DNA of 64,000 bases from Patescibacteria group bacterium (GTDB lineage Bacteria; Patescibacteriota; Minisyncoccia; Phycocordibacterales; PALSA-1337): positions 24,745-88,744 of the forward strand of contig JANLHG010000014.1 of the NCBI GenBank assembly GCA_024654575.1, read 5' to 3'. This document shows, one piece after another, positions 38,191 through 47,821 of the stretch; the first letter of the stretch is position 1, and every line of letters begins with the position of its first letter. The position numbers and the translations under genes were made by a program. The notes under the pieces were generated by a model that ran no database searches, was not told where the DNA came from, and saw only the letters and a list, made by a program, of their open reading frames with translations.

Positions 38191-38757
38191 TTATTTTTTA
38201 CTAGGTTTATCTTTATACATCTTAACTCCTCTTTGAAACACTTCTTGAGCTGATTTTTTATCTCGAAAATCATTTATTTTGACTTCCTTATTTTGGATTT
38301 TTTTGTATGTTGAATAAAAGTGTTCAATTTCCTTGATAGTGTGAGGATTGATATCTTTTAAATCCTGCACGTTGTCCCATCGTGGGTCATCAATAGGTAC
38401 GGCAATAATTTTTTCGTCATTTTCTATACCGTCTACCATATCCATTACCGCTAAAGGACGAACGCGTACTAAAACTCCAGGATGAAGTGGATGAGTAGTT
38501 AAAACTATAACGTCAAGAGCATCTCCATCATCCCATAGTGTTTGGGGGATAAAACCATAATCAAAAGGAAACTCTTGTGTGGTATGAGTCACTCTATCGA
38601 GAGCAATAATACCCGTTTCTTTATCTATCTCATATTTATTTTTGGAACCTTTGTTTATTTCAATAATAGTATTAATCCTGTCCGCAGTTCCCGGACTTAT
38701 GTTGTGTAGTAAGTTCATGTAAGTATTTTTTATTTTGATTGAATATCGATTTTCCAA
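38191..38757 (-). CDS. ppa: Inorganic pyrophosphatase (family I)
   Basis: DGDALDVIVL and the EIDK...YE acidic signature. Confidence 0.85.
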   Translation of the reverse strand: MENRYSIKIKNTYMNLLHNISPGTADRINTIIEINKGSKNKYEIDKETGIIALDRVTHTTQEFPFDYGFIPQTLWDDGDALDVIVLTTHPLHPGVLVRVRPLAVMDMVDGIENDEKIIAVPIDDPRWDNVQDLKDINPHTIKEIEHFYSTYKKIQNKEVKINDFRDKKSAQEVFQRGVKMYKDKPSKK

Positions 38758-39836
38758 CCGGTTAATTTTGCAGCAAGTCTAACATTTTGTCCTCCTTTAC
38801 CTATAGCAAGAGATTGTTGATCTTCTGATACAATCACATTTGCTTTATTTTCTTCTTTATTTAATTCAACACTTATTATTTTTGCAGGGGATAGAGAGTC
38901 CTCTATGAATTTTACTGGATCTTCGGACCATTCTATGATGTCAATTTTTTCTCCACCTAGTTCACTCATTACTGTAGAAACTCGTACACCTCGTTGGCCA
39001 ACCATTGAACCGATTGGGTCAATATGACTATCATTTGATTTAACAGCTATTTTAGAACGAGAGCCAGCTTCTCTTGCTGTAGCTTTTATTTCTACAGTAC
39101 CAGATGCTATTTCTGGTGTTTCTATTTCAAACAATTTAGCAAGAAATTTAGGGTGAGAGCGTGAAAGACGAAGCATTATTCCTTTAGGGCTATCTTCTAC
39201 GGCATAAAGATATGCGCGTATTCGTTCTCCTTGTTTATATCGTTCTCCTGGAATTTGTTCTTCATAAGGAAGAATTCCAGTAGTACGACCTAAATCAATA
39301 AATATGTTTCCTCTTTCTATCCGTTGAACAGTTCCTGTTATAATTTCACCTTCACGTTTATCATATTCTGCTAGTACAGATACTTTTTCTGCTTCTCTAA
39401 TCTTTTGAATAATAACTTGTTTTGCTGTTTGAGCAGCGATTCTGCCGTAACTTTCTTTTTGTTCAAGAGGAAAAACTATCTCATCATCAATTTTGACATC
39501 TTTCTTTATCTTTTTAGCATCTTCAATAAGGATGTGGTGTTCGGGATTAAAACGGACTTTGATATTTTCTTCATCAGTATTGGCAATATCTTCTTCGAAA
39601 TCTTCATCTTCCATGATGACATTTTTCTTATCAACGACGATTTTTACTTGATAAAACTCTGTTTTACCAGAATTAATATCAAATTCGGCTCTAATAATTT
39701 GTCCTCTTTTGCCGTATTCTTTCTTGTAGGCAGTAGCCAGAGCCATTTTAATGGCTTCAAGTATTTTTTCTTTTGGAATACCTCGTTCTTCCTCCATTTG
39801 TTGAAGAACAGAATTGATGACTTTTAAATCAAACAT
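38730..39836 (-). CDS. nusA: Transcription termination/antitermination factor NusA
   Basis: N-terminal domain, S1 and tandem KH. Start moved to the ATG at 39836 (MFDLKVINSVLQQMEEERGIPKEKI), downstream of the track's upstream alternative start. Confidence 0.85.
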   Translation of the reverse strand: MFDLKVINSVLQQMEEERGIPKEKILEAIKMALATAYKKEYGKRGQIIRAEFDINSGKTEFYQVKIVVDKKNVIMEDEDFEEDIANTDEENIKVRFNPEHHILIEDAKKIKKDVKIDDEIVFPLEQKESYGRIAAQTAKQVIIQKIREAEKVSVLAEYDKREGEIITGTVQRIERGNIFIDLGRTTGILPYEEQIPGERYKQGERIRAYLYAVEDSPKGIMLRLSRSHPKFLAKLFEIETPEIASGTVEIKATAREAGSRSKIAVKSNDSHIDPIGSMVGQRGVRVSTVMSELGGEKIDIIEWSEDPVKFIEDSLSPAKIISVELNKEENKANVIVSEDQQSLAIGKGGQNVRLAAKLTGWKIDIQSK

Positions 39837-39939
39837 ATTGTTATAATTATATACTATTTTTATAATATTTTCTAAAAAAATAGCTCGCCACAAGGCGAAC
39901 TACAGAATGGGTATAGTATATGGGATAGGGTGCAAAAAG

Positions 39940-41214
39940 TCAAGTTTTTTTGAGTTCTTCGCGGACGACTACACGGTCGTCCCATTGGATAATTTTAGAG
40001 CCTATAATCATAGATTGCTCGCTACCTTTACCTGTAATCAAGACAATATCGCCTGTGGTAGCTAGTGAAAGAGCTTTTTTAATACCTTCTCGTCTATCTT
40101 CTATAGTAAAAAGATTTTGATTTCTTATTTTTCCATGATTTTCAGCAACTTTGGCAATATCTTCTATAATTTCTATTGGGTCATCATCATATGGGTCAAC
40201 ATTTGAAACAATGACATAATCTGCAAATTTTCCAGCTAATTCACCCATTGCAGGTCGTTTAGCTTTATCTCTTCCACCTCCTTCGGCACCAAGGAGAAGA
40301 ATAATGCGACCGCCCATAGCTTTTGCTGTTTGTAAAAGCAAGCTCATGGATTGTTTTTCGTGTGCGTAATCAACAAATACTGTAAATGTCTGACCGCAAT
40401 CAATTTTTTCCATTCTGCCTGGGATAATAGTTAAGGAAGAAAGGCCTTTTTGGATAGCGGAAGTTGGGAGGTTGAGGGCACGAGCGACAGCGAGCGCGCC
40501 TAAAGCGTTGTATACATTAAAAATACCCGGAATTGAAAGTGAAAAACTATCATTATTTACTTTAAAAGTGGTTTTTTGTTGAATTATTTCAACATTTTCG
40601 GCTTTAAAATCTGATGGAGAGTTTAAACTAAAAGTTAGCTTATTTTTAGCTGGATTATTTAAATAGTATGAGGAATGTTCACTGTCCGCATTAACTATGA
40701 TAGTTTTAGCTTTTTTAAATATAATTCCTTTGGTTTCTTTATATTTCTCAAAACTTCCACCGTGAGAGGGGAGATGCTCAGGGTAAAGGTTTGTAAAAAT
40801 AGCGATATCTATTGAAAGGCCTTTCTGACGGTTTAATTTAATTCCCTCTGAAGTTATCTCAACTACAACATGAGTACATCCCGCCTTTTTCATTTCTAAA
40901 AGTGTTTTTTGAAATAAAAATGGTCCGGGCATCGTCATATGATAAGTGTTCATCTTTTCTTGGTTATCAATACGAATATTAGCTGTACCAATCAATCCTG
41001 TTTTTATACCACTAGCATTAAGTACAGACCAGATATAATTTGCAGTTGATGTTTTACCTTTTGTACCAGTAATACCTATCACAACCATATTTTTAGAAGG
41101 GTATCCGTATACGAAAGAGGCGACGTATATCCAAATCAAATGCCAGAAAGGTTGGAGAGCCTTAAATAATTTTGTCGGAATAATTTTTCTACCAATTGCA
41201 AATAGTTTTTTCAT
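39940..41214 (-). CDS. Mur-ligase-family protein (MurE-like UDP-MurNAc-peptide ligase with a shortened N-terminus)
   Basis: GITGTKGKTST P-loop, FVDYAHEK, GAEGGGRDKAKRPAMG and GKGSE...QWDDR motifs, in the same order as MurE/MurF. Confidence 0.6.
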   Translation of the reverse strand: MKKLFAIGRKIIPTKLFKALQPFWHLIWIYVASFVYGYPSKNMVVIGITGTKGKTSTANYIWSVLNASGIKTGLIGTANIRIDNQEKMNTYHMTMPGPFLFQKTLLEMKKAGCTHVVVEITSEGIKLNRQKGLSIDIAIFTNLYPEHLPSHGGSFEKYKETKGIIFKKAKTIIVNADSEHSSYYLNNPAKNKLTFSLNSPSDFKAENVEIIQQKTTFKVNNDSFSLSIPGIFNVYNALGALAVARALNLPTSAIQKGLSSLTIIPGRMEKIDCGQTFTVFVDYAHEKQSMSLLLQTAKAMGGRIILLLGAEGGGRDKAKRPAMGELAGKFADYVIVSNVDPYDDDPIEIIEDIAKVAENHGKIRNQNLFTIEDRREGIKKALSLATTGDIVLITGKGSEQSMIIGSKIIQWDDRVVVREELKKT

Positions 41215-41215
41215 A

Positions 41216-41776
41216 TTATTTTCCTAAAATTTTCAATCCCGCTTTTATTTTTTTACCCACATCTGTAATTTCTTTGGGGATATTTTTTAAAACTTCTCTG
41301 ACCGTAGATTGTGAGTAGCCGAGAGATATAAGGGCTTCCATTGCATCAGTTTCTTGTTGAATTGGAATATTATCACTTTCAAATGAACCGATTTTATTTT
41401 TAAGTTCTAATACTATTTTATCAGCATTCTTTTTACCAATTCCTGAAACCTTTGTTAAGTGAGAAGTATCTCCGGACGCAATAGCGTTGCGAATGGTATT
41501 AATTGATGCGACATTTAAAATACCTAAAGCTGTCTTAGGTCCAATTCCCGAAATGGTAATTAAAAGTTCAAAGAAACTGAGTTCATCAATGGAAATAAAA
41601 CCATATAAATCAAGAGCATTTTCACGAACTGACAAGTGAGTCCAGATAGAAACTTTATTTTTTAGTTTATTAATAGTATCGATAGTAGCGAAAATCTTGT
41701 AACCGACACCGTTAGTATCTATAACTACGAATCGCAAATCTTTATGGATTACCTTTCCTTTGACATGAGAAATCAT
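41216..41776 (-). CDS. ruvA: Holliday junction ATP-dependent DNA helicase RuvA
   Basis: MISHVKGKV start, GVGYKIF and a HhH pair (ISGIGPKTA / VSGIGKKNA). Confidence 0.85.
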   Translation of the reverse strand: MISHVKGKVIHKDLRFVVIDTNGVGYKIFATIDTINKLKNKVSIWTHLSVRENALDLYGFISIDELSFFELLITISGIGPKTALGILNVASINTIRNAIASGDTSHLTKVSGIGKKNADKIVLELKNKIGSFESDNIPIQQETDAMEALISLGYSQSTVREVLKNIPKEITDVGKKIKAGLKILGK

Positions 41777-41830
41777 ATACTAATCATATATCATGAAGCT
41801 TGAAACATGAAGCGTTTGCTTTTTTAATAA

Positions 41831-42124
41831 ATGTCTGTTACGATAACCAAACATAAAAAAATGCCAATAACATCATCAGCAAAAAAAGCCTTAAGAGCTT
41901 CAAAAACAAAAAGAGTATACAATCTTCGTATTAAAGCGAATGTTGATAGTTCAATTAAAGAATTAAAAAAATTGGTTGTTAAAAAAGATAAAGTTGGCGC
42001 TATGAAACTGATGCCTGCGGTATACAAAGCTCTAGATAAAGCAGCTAAAAAGAATTATATAAAAGATAATAATGCTTCTCGTCTAAAATCTCGTATTTCA
42101 GCGATGGTTAAAAAAATCGCCTAA
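41831..42124 (+). CDS. rpsT: 30S ribosomal protein S20
   Basis: 97 aa with Lys/Ala-rich helices and the SAKKALRASKTKR motif. Confidence 0.85.
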   Translation: MSVTITKHKKMPITSSAKKALRASKTKRVYNLRIKANVDSSIKELKKLVVKKDKVGAMKLMPAVYKALDKAAKKNYIKDNNASRLKSRISAMVKKIA

Positions 42125-42196
42125 GCTCTCATCGTTCAATGGATAGGACATAACTTTGCGGAAGTTAAAATGTAGGTTCGATTCCTACTGGGAGCA
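42125..42196 (+). tRNA. tRNA-Arg (anticodon GCG)
   Basis: Acceptor GCTCTCA/TGGGAGC, anticodon stem TAACT/AGTTA with loop TTGCGGA. D-loop and T-arm are identical to tRNA-Arg(TCT) at 46378. Confidence 0.8.
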
Positions 42197-42206
42197 CAAC
42201 TAGCGT

Positions 42207-42665
42207 TTAAAACCCTAATTTTTCCATAATCTTTTGACTTAAAGGCTCAATATGTTCTTCTTCAGAAAGATATGCAAGTAATACATCACGGACAATATCA
42301 CTATCAGTTATTTCGTCTATAGGAATTATGATAAAAGGTGCTAAAAGTTTTTTTGATTTAAAAATTATTTTGTGTTCATGTTCATCAATCCAAAATGACT
42401 CTAAAGTATTGAATGGGTAAATAAAATTATTAGCAGAAACTCCTCTATCACTTATTTCGCAGGAAAGAGTTTGGGGTTTTTTTGCTGAGACTAAACAAAG
42501 AGCAAAAGCAGAAATGACTGTAAAAATAGCAAAAAGGATATTGTTAAAAATGACAGAAGTAGTAGCAATAGAAATTGTAATAATTCCCACTGCCCAATAC
42601 CAATCAGAGTTTTTTCTAATATGTTGATGCTCAAGTACGCTCCATTCTAGTTGAGTCTGTGCCAT
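42207..42665 (-). CDS. Hypothetical two-TM membrane protein
   Basis: 152 aa with two adjacent TM helices near the N-terminus. Confidence 0.35.
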   Translation of the reverse strand: MAQTQLEWSVLEHQHIRKNSDWYWAVGIITISIATTSVIFNNILFAIFTVISAFALCLVSAKKPQTLSCEISDRGVSANNFIYPFNTLESFWIDEHEHKIIFKSKKLLAPFIIIPIDEITDSDIVRDVLLAYLSEEEHIEPLSQKIMEKLGF

Positions 42666-42753
42666 GTATATATTTTAACATATAACATTAAAAAGATACT
42701 ATATTAAATAAGTTGAAATATATTTAAAAATATGACATTATTTCAAAGTATAG

Positions 42754-42840
42754 GGATGGGTGCCAGAGTGGTCTAATGGAACAGTCTTGAAAACTGTCGC
42801 CTTCGCAAGGGGGCCGTGAGTTCGAATCTCACCCCATCCG
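42754..42840 (+). tRNA. tRNA-Ser (anticodon TGA), long variable arm
   Basis: Acceptor GGATGGG/CCCATCC with discriminator G, anticodon stem ACAGT/ACTGT with loop CTTGAAA, 87 nt. Confidence 0.8.
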
Positions 42841-42841
42841 C

Positions 42842-43225
42842 ATGAAACTTCTTGGAATTGATTATGGTTCAAAAAGAGTGGGAATAGCGCTTTCTGATGA
42901 TGGTGGAAAGTTTGCTATTCCCTTTATTGTTTTAGATAATTCTAAAAAATTAACAGAAGACATTGTAGGTATTGCTAAAAAAAATGGAGTACAAGAAATA
43001 GTACTTGGAGAATCAAAAAATTATAAAGGAGAAGCCAATGTTATTCTTGAAGATAGTTTAAAATTAAAGGAAGAAATTGAGAAGAGTGGTTTTTTGGTCT
43101 ATCTTGAACCAGAGTTTATGACTTCAGTTGCGGCAGAGAGATTTCAGGGAAAGAATGATATGCTTGATGCTTCAGCAGCAGCGCTTATATTACAAAGTTT
43201 TTTAGATAAAAAGAAAAACAAATGA
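42842..43225 (+). CDS. ruvX: Holliday junction resolvase-like RuvX/YqgF
   Basis: MKLLGIDYGSKRVGIALSD. Confidence 0.8.
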   Translation: MKLLGIDYGSKRVGIALSDDGGKFAIPFIVLDNSKKLTEDIVGIAKKNGVQEIVLGESKNYKGEANVILEDSLKLKEEIEKSGFLVYLEPEFMTSVAAERFQGKNDMLDASAAALILQSFLDKKKNK

Positions 43226-43551
43226 TTACATATGATGATTTTCAAAAAGTAGAAATATGTGTTGGAAAAATTTTATCAGCTGAAAAGATTCCAGATACGG
43301 ATAAGCTTTTAAAACTTTCAGTAGATTTTTCTGAAGAAAAACCACGCCAGATTGTCTCTGGTATTTCTATGTATTTTCCAGACCTCCAAAATTTAATAGG
43401 AAAAAAATGTTTGTTTGTTATAAATCTTGAACCGCGTATAATTAAAGGTGTTGAATCTAATGGTATGCTTTTTGCGTTATCAACCTTGGATGGAAATTTT
43501 TCTTTACTCGAACCAAATGATTCCATTCCAGTTGGAACTAAAGCAAAATAA
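43222..43551 (+). CDS. tRNA-binding (CsaA/EMAP-type OB-fold) protein
   Basis: FQKVEICVGKILSAEKIPDTDKLLKLSVDFSEEKPRQIVSGI is typical of the Trbp111/CsaA domain. Confidence 0.65.
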   Translation: MITYDDFQKVEICVGKILSAEKIPDTDKLLKLSVDFSEEKPRQIVSGISMYFPDLQNLIGKKCLFVINLEPRIIKGVESNGMLFALSTLDGNFSLLEPNDSIPVGTKAK

Positions 43552-43552
43552 T

Positions 43553-44146
43553 ATGGAAAATCTTTTAGATCCTATTTTTATAATCAAAACTCTCGGTATT
43601 TTAGGTGTTTTTGCGATTATTTTCGCAGAAACTGGACTGTTTTTTGGTTTTTTTCTCCCAGGAGACTCTCTTTTGTTTACAGCTGGTTTTTTGGCATCAC
43701 AGGGATATTTAAGTATCGCTTTGTTGGTAGGAGGAAGTGCTTTATTCGCTATTGTCGGCGATAGTGTCGGGTATGCTTTTGGTAAAAAAACTGGTCCTGC
43801 TATTTTTAATAAAGAAAATTCAAGATTTTTTAATAAACATCATATTGAAAGAGCTAAAGTTTTTTATGAAAAACATGGTAGAAAGACTATTATTTTGGCT
43901 CGCTTCGTGCCTATTGTTAGAACTTTCGCTCCAATTATAGCTGGAGTAGGGGAAATGGAATATCGGACATTTTTATTTTTCAACATTATTGGTGGAGTTC
44001 TTTGGACGTTTGGTTTAAGTTTTCTAGGTTATTGGTTGGGTAATACTATACCAAATGTGGACCAGTATTTACTTCCCATAATTCTTGTTATCATTTTTTT
44101 GTCACTTATTCCCATCATTATCGAATTTTTAAAAAAGAAAGTGTAG
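43553..44146 (+). CDS. DedA/TVP38-family membrane protein
   Basis: LPGDSLLFTAGFLAS and RFVPIVRTFAPIIAGVGEM motifs. Start set to the ATG at 43553, directly after the upstream stop. Confidence 0.7.
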   Translation: MENLLDPIFIIKTLGILGVFAIIFAETGLFFGFFLPGDSLLFTAGFLASQGYLSIALLVGGSALFAIVGDSVGYAFGKKTGPAIFNKENSRFFNKHHIERAKVFYEKHGRKTIILARFVPIVRTFAPIIAGVGEMEYRTFLFFNIIGGVLWTFGLSFLGYWLGNTIPNVDQYLLPIILVIIFLSLIPIIIEFLKKKV

Positions 44147-44167
44147 TATAATAAAGTCACTTTCATT

Positions 44168-45010
44168 ATGTTTTTAAAGAGTTTTTTTAATTTTTTTCCA
44201 CCACCCAAATTTCTACGTATGCCTTACGTCGGTCTTTATGTATCTGATGAGGCTATTCGATTTGTGGAACTTATAAGAAATAGAAAAGATTTTAAGCTTG
44301 GTCGCTATGGAGAAAAAATTTTATATCCCGGAATAGTTCAATCTGGATATATAAACGACGTTAATGCCCTTACAAAAAGTTTAAAAGAATTAAAAAAAGA
44401 ATTTAATTTGTATTTTGTGAGCGTTGCATTACCTGAAGAAAAAGCCTATTTGTTTAAAATGGATGTTCCTAATATTGATGAAAAAGAAATTCGCACAAAT
44501 ATTGAATTTCATTTAGCAGAAAATGTTCCAATTTCACCAGACCAAACAATCTTTGATTATGAAGCAACTGGAGATAATAAAATAATTGTTTCTGCTTTGC
44601 CTAGTAAGGTCGTTAACACTTATTTAGATGTTTTTGTAGAAGCAGGACTTTGCCCTGTTGGATTTAAAACTGAAGGACAAGCGTTAGTAAAGGCCTTTAT
44701 AAAAAAAGAAGATTTAGGTACTTATATCATTATTAATGCTGAGGAGAAAAAAACTGGTATATTTATAGTTAGTGAAGGGGTTGTGCGTTTTTCATCAACA
44801 ATTATAGGTGATGAGAGTGTAGTAAAAAATGAAGTTGATAAAGTTAGAAATTATTGGGATACACATGACGAAAAAAATAAGAAAATAGAAAAAGTTATTA
44901 TTCCTAGTAGTCCTTGGGTCAATGCCTTTAACTTAGACAAATATATTCCACCCATTGAATCTAGTAGGGCATTAAAATATGCTGTACCCATAGGACTAAC
45001 TTTAGATTAA
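44168..45010 (+). CDS. pilM: Type IV pilus assembly protein PilM-like (actin-fold ATPase-like)
   Basis: Size and sequence pattern fit PilM, and PilN/PilO-like genes follow. Confidence 0.55.
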   Translation: MFLKSFFNFFPPPKFLRMPYVGLYVSDEAIRFVELIRNRKDFKLGRYGEKILYPGIVQSGYINDVNALTKSLKELKKEFNLYFVSVALPEEKAYLFKMDVPNIDEKEIRTNIEFHLAENVPISPDQTIFDYEATGDNKIIVSALPSKVVNTYLDVFVEAGLCPVGFKTEGQALVKAFIKKEDLGTYIIINAEEKKTGIFIVSEGVVRFSSTIIGDESVVKNEVDKVRNYWDTHDEKNKKIEKVIIPSSPWVNAFNLDKYIPPIESSRALKYAVPIGLTLD

Positions 45011-45018
45011 AAATACAA

Positions 45019-45567
45019 ATGTTTAATTTACTTCCAGAAAAATATAAAAAAAGATTAGAAAATGAGTATAATATTCGTTTGGCTATTGTAGTTTTTGTTC
45101 TTATTTTTTTAATTACTCTCATTTCTGTCGCTTTTCTTACACCCTCATATCTATTATCTAAAACCAAAGAAACTGAGGTTGAAAATCGTTTAGCTACTAT
45201 TAAAAATCAAGCTCCAGACCAGACAAGTGTTGAACTTAATGCTGTTTTGTTACAAACAAAAAAAGAACTTTCTGTTTTAGCGCCAACTAGCAATATTTCT
45301 TTTTTGGAATCTATTAAAAAAATTTTAGCCAGAAAAATACCAAATATAACCATAATTGGTCTAACTATAATTGAAAACGGCTCCATTTGGAAAACATCAA
45401 TATCAGGTGTTGCTTCCAATAGAGATACTTTAATTTCCTTTAAAAAGTCACTAGAAAGTGAACAATCGTTTAGTGGAGTTGATTTGCCGATTTCTGATCT
45501 TGCTAGAAATAAAGACATTCCTTTTACCATTACAGTTAGTGGAGCGTTAAAAAACAATGAAAAATAA
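45019..45567 (+). CDS. PilN-like single-TM pilus assembly protein
   Basis: N-terminal conserved-looking LLPEKYKKR followed by a TM helix. Confidence 0.45.
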   Translation: MFNLLPEKYKKRLENEYNIRLAIVVFVLIFLITLISVAFLTPSYLLSKTKETEVENRLATIKNQAPDQTSVELNAVLLQTKKELSVLAPTSNISFLESIKKILARKIPNITIIGLTIIENGSIWKTSISGVASNRDTLISFKKSLESEQSFSGVDLPISDLARNKDIPFTITVSGALKNNEK

Positions 45568-46093
45568 TAATAAAAATTTAGTAATTCTTGTTTCATTGAT
45601 TTTACTCAGTGTCATCGCGATTATTTCGTATGTTATTTTATATTTAGATATAAATAAAAAAAATGAAAATATAGCTAATATTTCTCAAAGTATTAACAAT
45701 TTATATGAAATAAGTAGTACCCGAGTTTCTTTGGAAAATATTGTAACCAATACTGCCGAAAATAGACAAAAAATATTAGGTTATTTTGTAGAAAAAGACG
45801 GAACAGCAAAGTTTTTAGAGTCAATAGAAGATCTGGCGAAAGAACATTCTCTTGTTTTTAATGTTAAGTCAGTTGGTATAGCTGATATAGCAAAAAATAA
45901 TGCTTCAACTTCTATCGCTCTTATTGACCTTCAGATTGAAACTAAAGGTTCTTGGAATGATATAATGAATTTTTATTCACTATTGGAAACTCTTCCATAC
46001 AAGACAAAGTTTTCAATGATTCAATTAGAAAAAGATGATGTCGCCCCAAGATGGAATGGAGTCGTATCCTTTAATGTGGCAATTTTAAAATAA
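45557..46093 (+). CDS. PilO-like single-TM pilus assembly protein
   Basis: TM helix followed by a periplasmic domain, overlapping pilN by 11 nt. Confidence 0.4.
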   Translation: MKNNNKNLVILVSLILLSVIAIISYVILYLDINKKNENIANISQSINNLYEISSTRVSLENIVTNTAENRQKILGYFVEKDGTAKFLESIEDLAKEHSLVFNVKSVGIADIAKNNASTSIALIDLQIETKGSWNDIMNFYSLLETLPYKTKFSMIQLEKDDVAPRWNGVVSFNVAILK

Positions 46094-46097
46094 AAAT

Positions 46098-46361
46098 ATG
46101 AACAATAATTCATGCAGAGATTGGTTAATTATTATAATTTCTTCCGCGATTGTTTTGATAATATTTATTTTATTAAGTTGGAATGTATTCAATCATGTAA
46201 ATGATAGCGGATACTCAGATATTACTAATCAAAATGAATTGAGTGCTAAATTACTTGACCAAAAAACCCTTCAAGGTGTTGTAGATAATTTTTCTATGAA
46301 AAAATTAAACTTTGACGAACTACGCAAAAATCCTTTACGCTTTGAAGATCCATCAATATAA
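46098..46361 (+). CDS. Small single-TM protein (PilP-position)
   Basis: 87 aa with TM helix LIIIISSAIVLIIFILLSW. Confidence 0.3.
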   Translation: MNNNSCRDWLIIIISSAIVLIIFILLSWNVFNHVNDSGYSDITNQNELSAKLLDQKTLQGVVDNFSMKKLNFDELRKNPLRFEDPSI

Positions 46362-46377
46362 TATATATTATAGTTAC

Positions 46378-46449
46378 GCTCCCGTAGTTCAATGGATAGA
46401 ACAGAGCTCTTCTAAGGCTTTGATGTAGGTTCGATTCCTACCGGGAGCA
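46378..46449 (+). tRNA. tRNA-Arg (anticodon TCT)
   Basis: Acceptor GCTCCCG/CGGGAGC, anticodon loop CTTCTAA, T-arm GTAGG-TTCGATT-CCTAC. Confidence 0.82.
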
Positions 46450-46542
46450 CCGAAATAGATATCCACCTTTACTTGTTTTTTGTTATGATATAATAAAACG
46501 AAGGTTAAGATAAGTTAATTATTAGAATTAATAAATATTAAT

Positions 46543-46761
46543 ATGAAAATGCATGCAATTACATTCATACTGCTTATAATCGGTGGTTTGAATTGGTTAT
46601 TAGTAGGACTTTTTAAATGGGATATTGGGGTTTGGTTCGGTGGACAAGATAATGGAATTTCAAGATTGATTTACATACTTGTCGGTCTTTCAGCTCTTTA
46701 TGAGCTTTTCACTCACAAGAGATGTTGCAAAAACTGCAATTCTGCTCCGCAAACAATGTAA
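46543..46761 (+). CDS. DUF378-family small membrane protein
   Basis: GGLNWLLVGLF...LIYILVGLSALYEL signature. Confidence 0.55.
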   Translation: MKMHAITFILLIIGGLNWLLVGLFKWDIGVWFGGQDNGISRLIYILVGLSALYELFTHKRCCKNCNSAPQTM

Positions 46762-46777
46762 TTTAAAACTTTAGAGA

Positions 46778-46816
46778 AAAAACACCTTTCACAAATTTGT
46801 GAAAGGTGTTTTTTTG
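46778..46816 (+). terminator. Rho-independent terminator
   Basis: Palindrome CACCTTTCACAAA/TTTGTGAAAGGTG followed by TTTTTTT. Confidence 0.7.
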
Positions 46817-46925
46817 TTGGTGCCTCTATTGTACCAAGTTAGAACCTATTTTCAAAATCGGTTCCGCGCGGGCTTCTGGATTTTGTTTTTGGCGAGGCGG
46901 GCTATAATTTAAACAGTTAAAACTA

Positions 46926-47669
46926 CTATTTGAATTTAAAGGTTGAAAGAATTTTACTGTAAAATTCTATGTCAGATGTTGTTAGTGTTGGAGCTTGAAA
47001 TATTTCTGGGTCCGAATTGATATCAATTTTGCTTTTTATTGTTAAGGCCACTAGATGACGGTTAACCAAGAGATAGGTTGTAACCGTCTGAGCGCTAGAC
47101 TCCGGATTATATATTACATTTTGCTTCCGCTGAATCGCCGGTAGACCATCAACTATAATATTCTGTTTTGATAAAACCCTTGGACCTCCTTCACCGACTG
47201 TATTACCTACAGCGTCCATGTCAGCAAGAGTTTTTTCTAAAGAAAATTCTGATCTTTCTGGATGAATGAATATTTCGAATTGATATTTATTATTTGAAAA
47301 AAATCTCCAAATTTCAGGGTTAGCACTTCGAGGCTCGAAATCTGAAAGCAGCTTAAATTCATACGTCACTTCATTGAATGAATCTTTAATCGTTTTCCAA
47401 TTTGCGGTTTCACTTTTTGGTGCAGCAACTTGCGGTGTTTGAGTATTTATCTGTTGTTGAACTTGATTTGCTTGTGGTTGATAATTATTTTCTTCTGTAT
47501 TTGAAGAAGGAGCTGGTGTTTTTGTTGCGTAGTAGACAACACCGCCGCCGACAGCCAAAGCGGCAATTATCGCTACTATTACACCTATCCCTATAAAACC
47601 TTTATTATATTTCATAAAATTAGTAATGACTAAGTTAGAATGACCTTTAATAATAAAATTCAATATCAC
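46926..47669 (-). CDS. Hypothetical membrane-anchored protein with a Gln-rich linker
   Basis: TM helix GFIGIGVIVAIIAALAVGGGVVYYA followed by a Q/N-rich low-complexity region. Confidence 0.35.
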   Translation of the reverse strand: MILNFIIKGHSNLVITNFMKYNKGFIGIGVIVAIIAALAVGGGVVYYATKTPAPSSNTEENNYQPQANQVQQQINTQTPQVAAPKSETANWKTIKDSFNEVTYEFKLLSDFEPRSANPEIWRFFSNNKYQFEIFIHPERSEFSLEKTLADMDAVGNTVGEGGPRVLSKQNIIVDGLPAIQRKQNVIYNPESSAQTVTTYLLVNRHLVALTIKSKIDINSDPEIFQAPTLTTSDIEFYSKILSTFKFK

Positions 47670-47780
47670 TGGTTACTATATCACAATTTACCTTAAAAAC
47701 GAACAGCCAAGCCATTTCTGGCAGAAAGGGCATTTTTCCTTGACTTCTTTTGTTGTTCATATATACTTACAGAGTCCTTA

Positions 47781-47810
47781 GAAAACGCCGGCCTGTACGG
47801 CGTTTTCCTT
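47781..47810. terminator. Rho-independent terminator hairpin
   Basis: GAAAACGCCG-GCCTGTA-CGGCGTTTTC. Confidence 0.65.
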
Positions 47811-47821
47811 TGCCTAAATAG

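Noticed and set aside
41824-42027. 67-aa minus-strand ORF
   Set aside because: Antisense to the rpsT (S20) gene.
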